Source: a virus
Direction: 5' to 3' (one strand)
IMG/VR virus record: IMGVR_UViG_3300037483_000699
Span: 1-57,802 of that record
Length of the DNA: 57,802 bases
Translations under genes and position numbers: made by a program
Shown: positions 41,204 through 50,863 of the stretch, piece after piece
Numbering within the stretch: position 1 is the first letter of the stretch
Layout: the number at the start of each line of letters is the position of its first letter
The notes under the pieces: model-generated
The model's input: the letters and a program-made list of their open reading frames with translations, nothing else
Databases searched by the model: none
Told to the model about the DNA's origin: nothing

Positions 41204-43033
41204 ATGGCCGTCAACCTCACCTCCACCACCACCTACGGCCTGCTCTGGCCGACTGACATTGGTCCCGTCGCCAAAGAGATGCACTGTATCCAACAGGGCG
41301 GCGAGTGGATGGAAGGTAAACAAAAGTTGGGCGCTCCGCTCTTTGACCTCTACCGCCAAGCGCAGTCCATTCTTTGGCCAGAGGACCAGCACCACGAATG
41401 GTCTGATCTGGTTCTGAAAACGATTCTTGACGGTAGAATCACTGCCGTCGTCGGCCCGAAAGACGCCTCGAAAACGAGGACGCTGGCCAAATACGCGCTC
41501 GTCGATTACTTCGCGTTCCCGCAGATCACCAGCATTCTCGTTTCATCCACCGACATTCGCAGCTTGGAGCTTCGCATCTGGGGTGACATGAAGACCCTGT
41601 TCAACCGAGCCAAGGAAGTCTGGAAAGATGTTCCCGGCAACGTGATGAACTCTCTGCATGGAATCTTCACCGACACGATCACCGAGAAAGACCCGACCGC
41701 TCGCGATTTGCGCAAGGGAATCATCTGCATTCCCGTGAAAGACAGTGAGGGCCAGTGGCAGGGGCTTGAGAAGTGGACGGGGATCAAGCAGGTCCGCCGC
41801 CGAGTGCTCGCTGACGAGGCACAATTCTACTCTCTCTCTTTCCTGTCCACGTTCGCCAATCTGGACAAGGGCAATTTCAAGGGCGTGGTGCTTGGCAACC
41901 CCAACGGCGAGATCACGCCGCTCGACAAAATCAGCGAACCTATGGACGGGTGGGGCAGTGAGGGTGAAATCACCAAGACGATGACGTGGAAGAACAAGTG
42001 GGACGGCATCACGGTCCAACTGTATGGTCCTGACTCTCCCGCGATCCGTTTTCCAGGCAAATACGTCAACTCCATCGGGGTGGAGTACCTGACCAATCAG
42101 GAGGACATCGAACGAATCGTCCGCCGATACGGGAAAGACTCCCCGGAGGACTGGATGTTCGCGCGCGGCATCCGGCCCGAGAATCTGGAACTGTTCCGGG
42201 TGGTGACGCGGGAGATGGTGCGCCAGTTCGATGCTCAAGGCGACGTGGTGTGGGGGCCGAGGGATCGGATCAAGATTTACGCGATTGACGCCAGCTACGG
42301 TGGCGACCGTTGCATTGGCGGTGAAGCCGAGTTCGGAGACGACATCAACGGCATCCAAACTCTGGCATTCAGCGAGCCTCGCATCATTCCGATTCGTATC
42401 TACCCCAAGAGCACGCCCAAGAATGAGCGGCTTCTGCCCGAGGACCAGATCGCCGAGTACGTCAAAACCGACTGCGAGCGGTTGCACATTCCCGCTGCGA
42501 ACGTCTTTCACGATGCCACGGGTCGAGGCTCGTTGGGCACTGCATTCGCCCGCCGGTGGCGACCGGACACGAATCCTATCGAGTTCGGTGGAAAGCCGAC
42601 GGAGCGGCCCGCCCACGGCGACATCTATGTGTACGACGAGGAGAAGCGGGAGCGGCGGCTTCAACGCTGCGACGAGCATTACCACAAATTCGTCAGCGAG
42701 TTGTGGTACAGCGTGCGTTACGCCATCGAAGCTAATCAGGTCCGCAAGCTGTCCAATGGAGTTGTGGACGAACTGTGCGCCAGGAAGTGGCAATATCGCG
42801 GGAACAAGATCGAGGTCGAATCCAAGCAAGACACCAAGCTCCGATTGGGTTATTCGCCGGACATGGCCGACTGGTCCGTCATCATTCTGGAAGGCGCCCG
42901 CCGCCTCGGTTTCACAATCAAGAAAATGCAAGGCCCTGTGAAGTCCAAACGGATAGAGGACCCTTGGAGAGATCGTTTACGCCAGCGCGCCGTCGTCATT
43001 CGCAAGGCGTACACCTTGAACTACACGAACTGA
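41204..43033 (+). CDS. terL: Terminase large subunit
   Basis: Walker A-like VVGPKDASKT, Walker B-like RRVLADEAQF, nuclease-domain IYAIDASYGGD. Confidence 0.8.
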   Translation: MAVNLTSTTTYGLLWPTDIGPVAKEMHCIQQGGEWMEGKQKLGAPLFDLYRQAQSILWPEDQHHEWSDLVLKTILDGRITAVVGPKDASKTRTLAKYALVDYFAFPQITSILVSSTDIRSLELRIWGDMKTLFNRAKEVWKDVPGNVMNSLHGIFTDTITEKDPTARDLRKGIICIPVKDSEGQWQGLEKWTGIKQVRRRVLADEAQFYSLSFLSTFANLDKGNFKGVVLGNPNGEITPLDKISEPMDGWGSEGEITKTMTWKNKWDGITVQLYGPDSPAIRFPGKYVNSIGVEYLTNQEDIERIVRRYGKDSPEDWMFARGIRPENLELFRVVTREMVRQFDAQGDVVWGPRDRIKIYAIDASYGGDRCIGGEAEFGDDINGIQTLAFSEPRIIPIRIYPKSTPKNERLLPEDQIAEYVKTDCERLHIPAANVFHDATGRGSLGTAFARRWRPDTNPIEFGGKPTERPAHGDIYVYDEEKRERRLQRCDEHYHKFVSELWYSVRYAIEANQVRKLSNGVVDELCARKWQYRGNKIEVESKQDTKLRLGYSPDMADWSVIILEGARRLGFTIKKMQGPVKSKRIEDPWRDRLRQRAVVIRKAYTLNYTN

Positions 43034-43049
43034 GCAAATACTGTGACCT

Positions 43050-43784
43050 ATGAGACTCAAAAGTAGAACCGTGTTCCCCCCAGGAGAGTTTCAGCTCATG
43101 CTGCCTGAGGTTGGCATGAAGAAGAGCCTCTCCGGGAGTTTCCGCGAGATGGTAGTGGCCTTCGCCGGCATCGTTCAGAAGAACCCGGCGCTCGCCCAGA
43201 AACTCCATTGGCCAACCGATCTCGTGGGCCAGGAAGCCTTCGTTGATGAACGTGAATGCCGACGATTGCTCTCCGGTGGATGGCCAAGCTTCGTGGATCA
43301 GACCGTTGCTCCTGCGCCCTCCCGGTGGAATCCTTCCGAGGTAAAAAAAAACTGGCGCGGAGTTGCTGCGGTCATTAAAGGCGGCAAGGCGGCCTTCGCC
43401 GCTTACGCCAGCATGTTCGGCCCGGGCGGAAAGCCGGTTGACCGTGATCTGGCAGAAGCGAGAGCCAAAGTTTGCCGTGACTGTCCGAAGAACGATGTGG
43501 ACGGCGGGTTATCCGCTCACTTCCTGGAAGGCACAGCCAAAGGCGTTCTTTCCTTGCTGGGTGCCTTGAAAGACCTCGACGTATCCACTTCGGTCGATGA
43601 TCAACTCGGAGTCTGCAAAGCCTGCCTGTGCCCCACACGCGCAAAAGTTTTCGTTCCACTGACGGTCATCGTCGCGAACATGCCGGCTGCTGTCTGGCCA
43701 GAACTACAAAAGGAAGGGGCGCCGTGCTGGATTTTGCGTGAATCGGGTCGGGTAGAGAAGGAGAGCATCACGCCCACACCGTGA
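43050..43784 (+). CDS. Hypothetical Cys-motif protein (244 aa) coupled to the glycan cluster
   Basis: CRDCPKND ... CKACLCP. Its stop overlaps the GTG of the next gene. Confidence 0.55.
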   Translation: MRLKSRTVFPPGEFQLMLPEVGMKKSLSGSFREMVVAFAGIVQKNPALAQKLHWPTDLVGQEAFVDERECRRLLSGGWPSFVDQTVAPAPSRWNPSEVKKNWRGVAAVIKGGKAAFAAYASMFGPGGKPVDRDLAEARAKVCRDCPKNDVDGGLSAHFLEGTAKGVLSLLGALKDLDVSTSVDDQLGVCKACLCPTRAKVFVPLTVIVANMPAAVWPELQKEGAPCWILRESGRVEKESITPTP

Positions 43785-44665
43785 AGACCTGCTGGTTCTT
43801 TCCGCCGGCACCGCCAGTCTTCGTGCTCCTTGGCCGGGCTGGGGACATCATCCAGGTTCTGCCGTGCTTCCGCGAAATCTACCAGCGCACGGGGACGAGG
43901 CCCATTCTCATCGTCAGCCGGGATTATGCCAATGTACTGGAAGGCGTGTCCTATGTGGAGCCTTACCCCATTGACGGTGCCGCCTGGGACGGGATTCCAG
44001 AAGGCCGTAAAATCGCACAGAAGATATTCGGCGGTGGCACTGTGATTCCTTGGTGGAACGAAGACCCGGCCCATATCGCCATGATTCGCGAGAGTGCCAA
44101 GGGCGATTTCGTGATTCAGTGCCACGCGCATAATTGGGGAGTGGACATCAGAAAGTGGCCCGACTATGGAACTTCGATGGCCTCGCGCTGCGGGTTTACA
44201 TTGGCCGAGTGGCTTGCGTTGCCGCTTGTTTTCGACCAACGCGACCCGACCCGAGAACGGGAACTGTGCAAACGGGTGTTGGGAAAAGAGGCTCGGCCCA
44301 TTATCCTCTACAACCTCAGCGGGATCAGTAGTCCATTTGGTTTCACGCCCGAGGTGGTGAATCCCATACAACGCACTTTCGGGAGGGCCTTCCGCTTCTT
44401 GGACCTGGGCCAGATACGCGCTCTGCGCATCTATGATCTACTCGGCTTTTACGACGATCCCCAGACGGTTGGTTTGGTGACTTCGGATACGGCAACACTG
44501 CATCTCGCCCAAGCTTCCGATGTCCCGTACATCGCGTTCACCGTGAATGGTTGGCGGACCAGCGTGCCCAAGGGCAACTGTGTCCTGCACATTAAGTACA
44601 AAGATGTTCCCAGGATGGTGCCGCAAATACTCAACCAGATTGGCGCTTGGGTGCCTCCAGTATGA
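43781..44665 (+). CDS. GT-B glycosyltransferase, GT9 (heptosyltransferase)-like
   Basis: N-terminal VFVLLGRAGDIIQVLP and C-terminal GLVTSDTATLHLAQASDVPYIAF resemble GT9 signatures. Confidence 0.5.
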   Translation: MKTCWFFPPAPPVFVLLGRAGDIIQVLPCFREIYQRTGTRPILIVSRDYANVLEGVSYVEPYPIDGAAWDGIPEGRKIAQKIFGGGTVIPWWNEDPAHIAMIRESAKGDFVIQCHAHNWGVDIRKWPDYGTSMASRCGFTLAEWLALPLVFDQRDPTRERELCKRVLGKEARPIILYNLSGISSPFGFTPEVVNPIQRTFGRAFRFLDLGQIRALRIYDLLGFYDDPQTVGLVTSDTATLHLAQASDVPYIAFTVNGWRTSVPKGNCVLHIKYKDVPRMVPQILNQIGAWVPPV

Positions 44666-45336
44666 GTCTGTACCACGTATTCTCAGCGTACTCTCCGCAG
44701 GACCCTGACGCGGCGCGGCGCCATGCCCTGGCGCAGACAACTTGGCCGGCTCAACCGTGGAAAGAATGTCCGGTGCAAGACCAGCACCTGCCGCGGATGT
44801 GGAGGGAAGAGGGTCGCGCCTTTCCCCTCGTCCGAGACGTGTTCGACTTTGCCGCTCAGGGCAAAGCCGCATCGGATATCCTCATCTACACCAATGCCGA
44901 CATCCATGTTCGGTCCGATTGCTGCGTCCAAGTTGTATTCGCCTTGCAGGAATCGGATGCCTGCTACTGTTTCCGCCGAGATTTCTCCAAGCTGGATGCG
45001 GTTCTGGCCGATGACAGCTTCGCGAAAGGGCACGATTATCCCGGCCACGACCTGACCGCATTCCGCGTTGGCTGGTGGAACGCGTACCGGGAAGAGATGC
45101 CGGATATGGTCCTGGCGTTAGAGGCATGGGATCCCTGCATTCGATTGTTGATCGACAAAACCAATTCCGGCAAGGACGTGACGTTGCACGATCTGATTGC
45201 GCATGAGCGGCACAGTTCCTACTGGGAGAAATCGGAAAACCGTTACCGCCTGAATGGCCAGAAGCATAACATCGCGCTGGCGAAAGCGTTTCTGACGGCG
45301 AACGGGATCAATCCCAGAACGCGAGGTTTGCCATGA
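44662..45336 (+). CDS. Putative nucleotide-sugar transferase (GT-A-like), weak call
   Basis: ILIYTNADIHV (DxD-like context). Operon context only. Confidence 0.35.
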   Translation: MSLYHVFSAYSPQDPDAARRHALAQTTWPAQPWKECPVQDQHLPRMWREEGRAFPLVRDVFDFAAQGKAASDILIYTNADIHVRSDCCVQVVFALQESDACYCFRRDFSKLDAVLADDSFAKGHDYPGHDLTAFRVGWWNAYREEMPDMVLALEAWDPCIRLLIDKTNSGKDVTLHDLIAHERHSSYWEKSENRYRLNGQKHNIALAKAFLTANGINPRTRGLP

Positions 45337-46100
45337 GCAACTGCTACTTCGTGGAATCCTGGCAGGCGGCCTGTAAAAATGCCAAGATCATAACTTGCTG
45401 CTTCTGGCGGCGTCCGAAGTACACCCGGCGCGTCCTGGACGCATTGCGATGTTGTCCCGGGATTCACGAGTATACCCTCCTGATTCAACAAGACGGTGCG
45501 GATCACCGGGGTGATGTTGGACAGTCGGAAGTGCGTTCCATCTGCGAGCGGATCAACTTTGCGCCTTGCCGCATCGTTTCGGAGTCCGAACACTTGGGTT
45601 GCAACCAAAACACACGGCGGGCGCTGGCAACCGGATTCCGTCATGCCGATTACGTGATCCACATCGAGGACGATATTCAAGTTGCACCGGACGCACTCCA
45701 GTATTTCGAGTGGGCAAAGCAGTTTGGCTCAGACCGATCCGTGTTTGTCGCGAGTATCTGGGAGTGGCCTGCTTTTGGAAGACGGCTTACTCCGGCTGAG
45801 GATACGCATGTCAAATGGCACCCCGGCCTTTCAATCTGGGGATTCGCCACTTGGCGCGACCGCTGGGAGGAAATGGAGAAAGGCTGGACAAATAGTCGTG
45901 ACGACAAAACTGAATCTTGGGATCAATATCTGGAGGCCAACGTGAAAGGCGCAGAACGAGGCAGCCTGTGTCCGATTGTCAGCCGCTCAATCAACATCGG
46001 CGCAGAGAACGGAACGCACTGTGGGGATCACTTGCTGTCGTACTGGGCGGGAGACAAATCGTTTCGCCGAAAGAATCCTCCAATTTACCAACGAATATGA
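45333..46100 (+). CDS. GT-A fold glycosyltransferase (GT2/GnT-I-like)
   Basis: RRPKYTRRVLDAL...LLIQQDG...VIHIEDDIQVAPDALQYF. Confidence 0.5.
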   Translation: MSNCYFVESWQAACKNAKIITCCFWRRPKYTRRVLDALRCCPGIHEYTLLIQQDGADHRGDVGQSEVRSICERINFAPCRIVSESEHLGCNQNTRRALATGFRHADYVIHIEDDIQVAPDALQYFEWAKQFGSDRSVFVASIWEWPAFGRRLTPAEDTHVKWHPGLSIWGFATWRDRWEEMEKGWTNSRDDKTESWDQYLEANVKGAERGSLCPIVSRSINIGAENGTHCGDHLLSYWAGDKSFRRKNPPIYQRI

Positions 46101-46849
46101 GTGACATCGTACAAATCTCAAGCTTAGGGAAAAACGGACGGTACGGCAACATGCTATTCCAGTACTGCTTTGCCAGAACCTACGCGGAGCGCGTGCACGC
46201 GAGATTGGAAACGCCGCCTTGGATTGGTCAAAGATTGTTCGGCCTGTCTGATCCGCCCATCTCCTGCGTGCTTCCGCAACTGCACGAGTCGGCAATCTCA
46301 GGCAGCCCGGCGGACTGGGCGCCCAACGTGGACCTTGTAGGTTACTTCCAACTTGGACGATTGCTAAACTGTGGGTCGCACCGGGAAGCTCGGAAATGGC
46401 TGACTTTCAAACCGGAATGGTTGGCGCGCTTTCCAAAACGGCATCCGGAGTACGCTGCTTGCCACATCCGGCAGGGCGACTTCCTTACATCGTCTGGAGA
46501 TCCATACTGCTTGATCAGTGAAGCCTCCTACCAGCGGGCGGTGGAACAGTTCGTTCCCTCGAACTGCCCGGTTGTCGTCGTTGAGGAGAACATGGCGGAG
46601 ACGCGGAGTGATCTTCCGGGAGACCTCCAATTCCTGCCTGACTTTCTGACGTTGATGCAAGCCGACATTCTATTCCGGGCCAACTCCACATTCAGTTGGT
46701 GGGCTGGGGAGTTGGGAACCTGTCGAACCGTTTACAGTCCTGCGGTGGGCGCCTTGACCGGTCATCACGACGTTACGTTTGTTCTTGGAAACGCAGAGCA
46801 ACACGTCAACTTCGCCGGTTATGGGAAACTGAAGTTCGGACGGGATTAA
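46097..46849 (+). CDS. GT11-family alpha-1,2-fucosyltransferase-like glycosyltransferase
   Basis: All three family motifs present: GRYGNMLFQYCFA, CHIRQGDF, ANSTFSWWAGE. Confidence 0.7.
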   Translation: MSDIVQISSLGKNGRYGNMLFQYCFARTYAERVHARLETPPWIGQRLFGLSDPPISCVLPQLHESAISGSPADWAPNVDLVGYFQLGRLLNCGSHREARKWLTFKPEWLARFPKRHPEYAACHIRQGDFLTSSGDPYCLISEASYQRAVEQFVPSNCPVVVVEENMAETRSDLPGDLQFLPDFLTLMQADILFRANSTFSWWAGELGTCRTVYSPAVGALTGHHDVTFVLGNAEQHVNFAGYGKLKFGRD

Positions 46850-46852
46850 CCT

Positions 46853-47545
46853 ATGCCACTCCTTGATCTTCGCAACGTGACGTTGGTGACTTTCATTCTC
46901 AGCGCAGATACGAGTTGGAGCTATCTGGACGCCACGATTCCCGTTTTGTTGTACATGCAAAGTCTGGCGCGGTGGGGTCGTGTGATCTTGTTCTCTGCTG
47001 TCCCGTTCTCCGACGAGATTCCGGGTGTTGAAATCAAAAGCTTCCCCTCAACCGACATTGCTGGGCATGGCAAGTGGTTTGTGGAGCATCTCCACGAGCA
47101 CATCACAACGCCTTTCGCGATGTACTTCCAGGACGACGGTTTCATTCTGGAGCCGTCGCTCTGGGAACCTGAGTTCTTGAGCTACGACTACATCGGCGCG
47201 CCGTGGGGTGACGGGGACGTAGGGAACACGGGTTTCTCGATCCTCTCGCAAAAACTCCTTCAGAAGTTGGCTCTCATTCCCTACGAAGGCACGCCCCTGG
47301 ATTTCTTCATCTGCAAGGTCAACAAAGAACGGCTGATGCGAGAAGGCATCCGCTACGCGCCTGTCTCGGTTGCGAAACGATTCTCGGTTGAGACCTGCGA
47401 CCAACATGACCCTTCTTTTGGCTATCACGGGCGGCACTATTGTCCGCCCAAGCACGCCATCGGCCAAGAAAAAATTCGGAAGTTCCTGGATCAACAGACC
47501 AAAGCGAGCAAAACTCTCGCTGCCATCCATGCTTATTGCTCTTGA
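46853..47545 (+). CDS. DUF5672-like protein (glycosyltransferase-associated family)
   Basis: YDYIGAPWGDGDVGNTGFSILS. Confidence 0.45.
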   Translation: MPLLDLRNVTLVTFILSADTSWSYLDATIPVLLYMQSLARWGRVILFSAVPFSDEIPGVEIKSFPSTDIAGHGKWFVEHLHEHITTPFAMYFQDDGFILEPSLWEPEFLSYDYIGAPWGDGDVGNTGFSILSQKLLQKLALIPYEGTPLDFFICKVNKERLMREGIRYAPVSVAKRFSVETCDQHDPSFGYHGRHYCPPKHAIGQEKIRKFLDQQTKASKTLAAIHAYCS

Positions 47546-48161
47546 AACAATCATCCCTCGGTGCAAACCGATCACTGGCATCCTGCATATCGGCGCCCAC
47601 CACGCGGAAGAACTTGAAGCCTACGAGAAGGCAGGTGTGCCCCAAGTGGTCTGGGTCGAAGCGGACCCTCGCAAGGCTTCCTACCTCGCCAGCGCAGTGT
47701 GCGCTCCGCCTCGCCACCGGGTTCTCTGCTGCGCGGCAACTGACCACGACGGTACGGTGAAACTGCGGGTGACCAGCAACGATGGCATGTCGTCGTCGCT
47801 GTTGGCCTTAAAACTCCATCGGCAGTACTACCCTGATGTTGTCGAGTCCGAACAGGTGGAAACGCGCGGCCGGCGACTGGGGCCGTACCTGGACGAATTG
47901 GGGATTGCCATTGGCTCGCCCGGGCTCAACTTCCTAAACATCGACATCCAGGGTGCGGAACTGCTGGCGTTGCTCGGGTTGGGAACCAAGGTAGGCCAGT
48001 TCGACGCCATCTACACCGAGGTCAACACCGCCGAGTTGTACGAAGGTGCTGTCCAGTTGCCCGACCTAGACCTTTTCCTGGCTGGCTTTGGATTCACTCG
48101 AGTCGAGACTTTCATGGTGGGCGAACAACACTGGGGCGATGCCCTCTACATAAAGCCATGA
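47529..48161 (+). CDS. FkbM-family methyltransferase
   Basis: ILHIGAHHAEE ... FLNIDIQGAELLALLG. ATG 47529 within ORF 47370-48161. Confidence 0.65.
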   Translation: MLIALETIIPRCKPITGILHIGAHHAEELEAYEKAGVPQVVWVEADPRKASYLASAVCAPPRHRVLCCAATDHDGTVKLRVTSNDGMSSSLLALKLHRQYYPDVVESEQVETRGRRLGPYLDELGIAIGSPGLNFLNIDIQGAELLALLGLGTKVGQFDAIYTEVNTAELYEGAVQLPDLDLFLAGFGFTRVETFMVGEQHWGDALYIKP

Positions 48162-49225
48162 AAACTGAACTGACTATAGAACGTAGAATTACGCCGGCAC
48201 TTCCGGTGGAAGTCTGTCAGCGCCTCTTGGCCTTTTATGAACGCCAGCCGGATGCGACTCCGCAGTGTTCACAAGGATGGCGGTTTCTTCACGGAGGTTC
48301 TTTACTTCCTTTGGTTGACGCTCTCCGCTCAAAGGACGTTCCTCGACTCGCGAACGTGCTTGGTTGCCTCTATCAGAACAAGGTCATGTACGGTCTCGAC
48401 AGTTCCAGGCAATACCTCGAAGAGTACGATCTTGGGTCAGGCGAAGCAACCCATCTTACGCCTGAGTTTTACCTCAACGGTTGGCTGGGCTTGCTGCGCA
48501 CGGTGGCTTGCAACTTTGGCGGGGCGGGAGTTCCCAACCCGGAACAAGGAGGCCCGGCCTGTCCTGAACCGGAGGTTCTGGTGGACATTATCGAAAAAGG
48601 ACTTGGCTTCCGATTGGACTTTCCAGGCGCGGGCAGTGTGTCCGGGGTTAACGTCGCAGGACGGTACATCCCACACAAGTTGCTCGACGGGGCGGGAGTG
48701 ATCGCGACCGCGATGCGGTTGAAGTGTTGGCCGCCGAACAACGTTCTTGAAATCGGGGCAGGCGCAGCATGGCTTGGCTACCTTTGCCACCAACTGCGGA
48801 TTCCCAACTACTCCATTGTCGATCTTCCTGCTGTGGCTGTGATAGGCGCGTCCGTGCTCGCGACTTCGATTTCTCCTGGATTGGTCTGGTTACAGGGGGA
48901 ACCTCGATCCCTTCTTGATGTTGGGTCTTTTGTTTTCGGGTCCGCAGAGCCATTGAAGCCTTTGTGGGAAGGCTCTTTCGATCTGGTCATCAACCAGAAC
49001 TCATTTCCTGAAATCGACCCGCCGCAGCAAGAGGAGTACGTCAAACTCCTTGAGTGGGCGCTTCGCCCAGGCGGCGTGTTTCTCTCCATCAATCACGAGA
49101 CTGACGCATTCAATCAGCGGCGGGCGTTTATTGCCATGTCGGCTTCATCCAGTTTCAAACTCACTCACCGGAGTCCTTGGTGGACACGCCCTGGATGGGT
49201 GGAAGAGATTTGGGAACACACCTAA
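48158..49225 (+). CDS. Class I SAM-dependent methyltransferase (putative sugar O-methyltransferase)
   Basis: VLEIGAGAAWLGY motif I and DLVINQNSFPE. Confidence 0.5.
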   Translation: MKTELTIERRITPALPVEVCQRLLAFYERQPDATPQCSQGWRFLHGGSLLPLVDALRSKDVPRLANVLGCLYQNKVMYGLDSSRQYLEEYDLGSGEATHLTPEFYLNGWLGLLRTVACNFGGAGVPNPEQGGPACPEPEVLVDIIEKGLGFRLDFPGAGSVSGVNVAGRYIPHKLLDGAGVIATAMRLKCWPPNNVLEIGAGAAWLGYLCHQLRIPNYSIVDLPAVAVIGASVLATSISPGLVWLQGEPRSLLDVGSFVFGSAEPLKPLWEGSFDLVINQNSFPEIDPPQQEEYVKLLEWALRPGGVFLSINHETDAFNQRRAFIAMSASSSFKLTHRSPWWTRPGWVEEIWEHT

Positions 49226-49237
49226 ACCAGAACCTGC

Positions 49238-49858
49238 ATGTTTACCTTGGACGAAATCGCAATTCATCACGGGGCCGACAAGGCCAGCCCGTATCATGGG
49301 TACACGGCCGTTTACGCCCGACTCTTTCGAGACCTGCGGTGCCTGCCGATTCGCCTGCTGGAAATCGGTATCGAGTACGGCAAGTCGATGCGGACGTGGC
49401 TGGACTACTTCCCACAGGCCACGATCATCGGCGTGGACATCAACCCGCAATTCTCCGACACGCATCCGCGACTTCACCTGGAGATCGCCGACCAGTACAA
49501 CTCAGCTCAGATGGCCCAACTTGCTGCGCGGTACAATCCGCTCGATGTTGTGATCGATGATGGCTGCCACAAGGCGGACGCGGTGAAAGTCTCCTTTGAG
49601 GCCCTGTGGCCGGAAGTCCGCCCCGGCGGACTCTACATCATCGAAGACGTGGGCACATTTTACCATCCGATGTACCAGTCGGCCGTGGAAGGTCCGATCT
49701 TCCTTCACTCTTTCGTTGACGACGTTCACCAGCGGGGCCGAACGGGAAGTTACGGACTTCCTCCTTACGGAGACAACCCGACTCAACTGTCAGCAATGGA
49801 GGCCACACTCGATTGCTTGTTTTTCTTCAAAGGCATGGCCGTATTAAGGAAAAAATGA
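49238..49858 (+). CDS. Class I SAM-dependent methyltransferase (rhamnosyl-O-methyltransferase/CmcI-like)
   Basis: GADKASPYHGYT..Y, LLEIGIEYGKSMRTW, VVIDDGCH, GGLYIIED. Confidence 0.65.
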   Translation: MFTLDEIAIHHGADKASPYHGYTAVYARLFRDLRCLPIRLLEIGIEYGKSMRTWLDYFPQATIIGVDINPQFSDTHPRLHLEIADQYNSAQMAQLAARYNPLDVVIDDGCHKADAVKVSFEALWPEVRPGGLYIIEDVGTFYHPMYQSAVEGPIFLHSFVDDVHQRGRTGSYGLPPYGDNPTQLSAMEATLDCLFFFKGMAVLRKK

Positions 49859-50859
49859 AACGCATCCTCCTCACTGGCGTCTCGGGTTTCGTGGGTTCGC
49901 ACGTCCTGCGTTACCTGCTCGAACGAACTGACTGGAACATCATCGGCATCGCGTCTTGGAAGCACAAGGGTACCCCGGAGCGGGTCGAGCACGCCTTGCG
50001 AGATCACCCGGAATGGTTGGAGCGTGTTGAGATTGTCACGCACGATCTCATTTCGCCATTCACCGAAACGACGATTCGCGCGATGCGCCAGATCGACGGC
50101 ATCGTGAACATCGCCAGCGAGAGTCACGTCTTTCGGTCCATCACGGAACCGGTTTATTTCGTCCAGAACAACATCAACCTACTCCTCACGCTGCTGGAAC
50201 TGGCGCGGGTGAAGAAACCCGAGTTCTTCCTTCAGTTCTCCACCGACGAGGTCTATGGCGTGGCTCCGCAAGGAGTGGACTTTCCAGAGTGGTCGCCGTT
50301 GGTGCCATCGAACGCCTACTCCGCCTCGAAAGCCGCTCAAGAGGTCATCGCCATCGCCTACTGGCGGACCTACGGCGTGCCCCTGATCATCACGAACACG
50401 ATGAATCTTTTTGGTGAAACCCAGGACCGAGAGAAGTTCATCCCCATGCTGATCTATCGAATCAAGCGAGGCCGGACCGTGATCATCCACGGCAACGAAC
50501 AGAACATAGGTTCGCGCTTCTATCTGCACGTCCGGAACTGCGCGTCTGCGCTGTTGTTCCTGCTTCGGCGAAAACCCGCTCAGTTTGAGGACGGAAAGGT
50601 GACCAAACCCGACCGGTTCAATATCGTGGGCGACATTGAACTGGACAACCTGACGCTCGCCCGGAAGATCGCGGAGCTTGTCGGGAAACCCTTGGTGCAT
50701 CGCTTGGAGGACTTTCACTTGCAGCGGCCAGGGCATGACCGCCGCTACTCACTCTCGGGCGCGAAGCTCAAGAAACTTGGCTGGAAATCGCCTATGAGTT
50801 TCGAGGATTCACTCAAACAATGCGTGGAATGGACGCTCAAAAACCCGGAATGGCTCTGA
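49855..50859 (+). CDS. NDP-hexose 4,6-dehydratase (RmlB-like extended SDR)
   Basis: TGVSGFVGSH (GxxGxxG), FSTDEVYG, YSASKAAQE (YxxxK). Confidence 0.75.
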   Translation: MKRILLTGVSGFVGSHVLRYLLERTDWNIIGIASWKHKGTPERVEHALRDHPEWLERVEIVTHDLISPFTETTIRAMRQIDGIVNIASESHVFRSITEPVYFVQNNINLLLTLLELARVKKPEFFLQFSTDEVYGVAPQGVDFPEWSPLVPSNAYSASKAAQEVIAIAYWRTYGVPLIITNTMNLFGETQDREKFIPMLIYRIKRGRTVIIHGNEQNIGSRFYLHVRNCASALLFLLRRKPAQFEDGKVTKPDRFNIVGDIELDNLTLARKIAELVGKPLVHRLEDFHLQRPGHDRRYSLSGAKLKKLGWKSPMSFEDSLKQCVEWTLKNPEWL

Positions 50860-50863
50860 TCCC

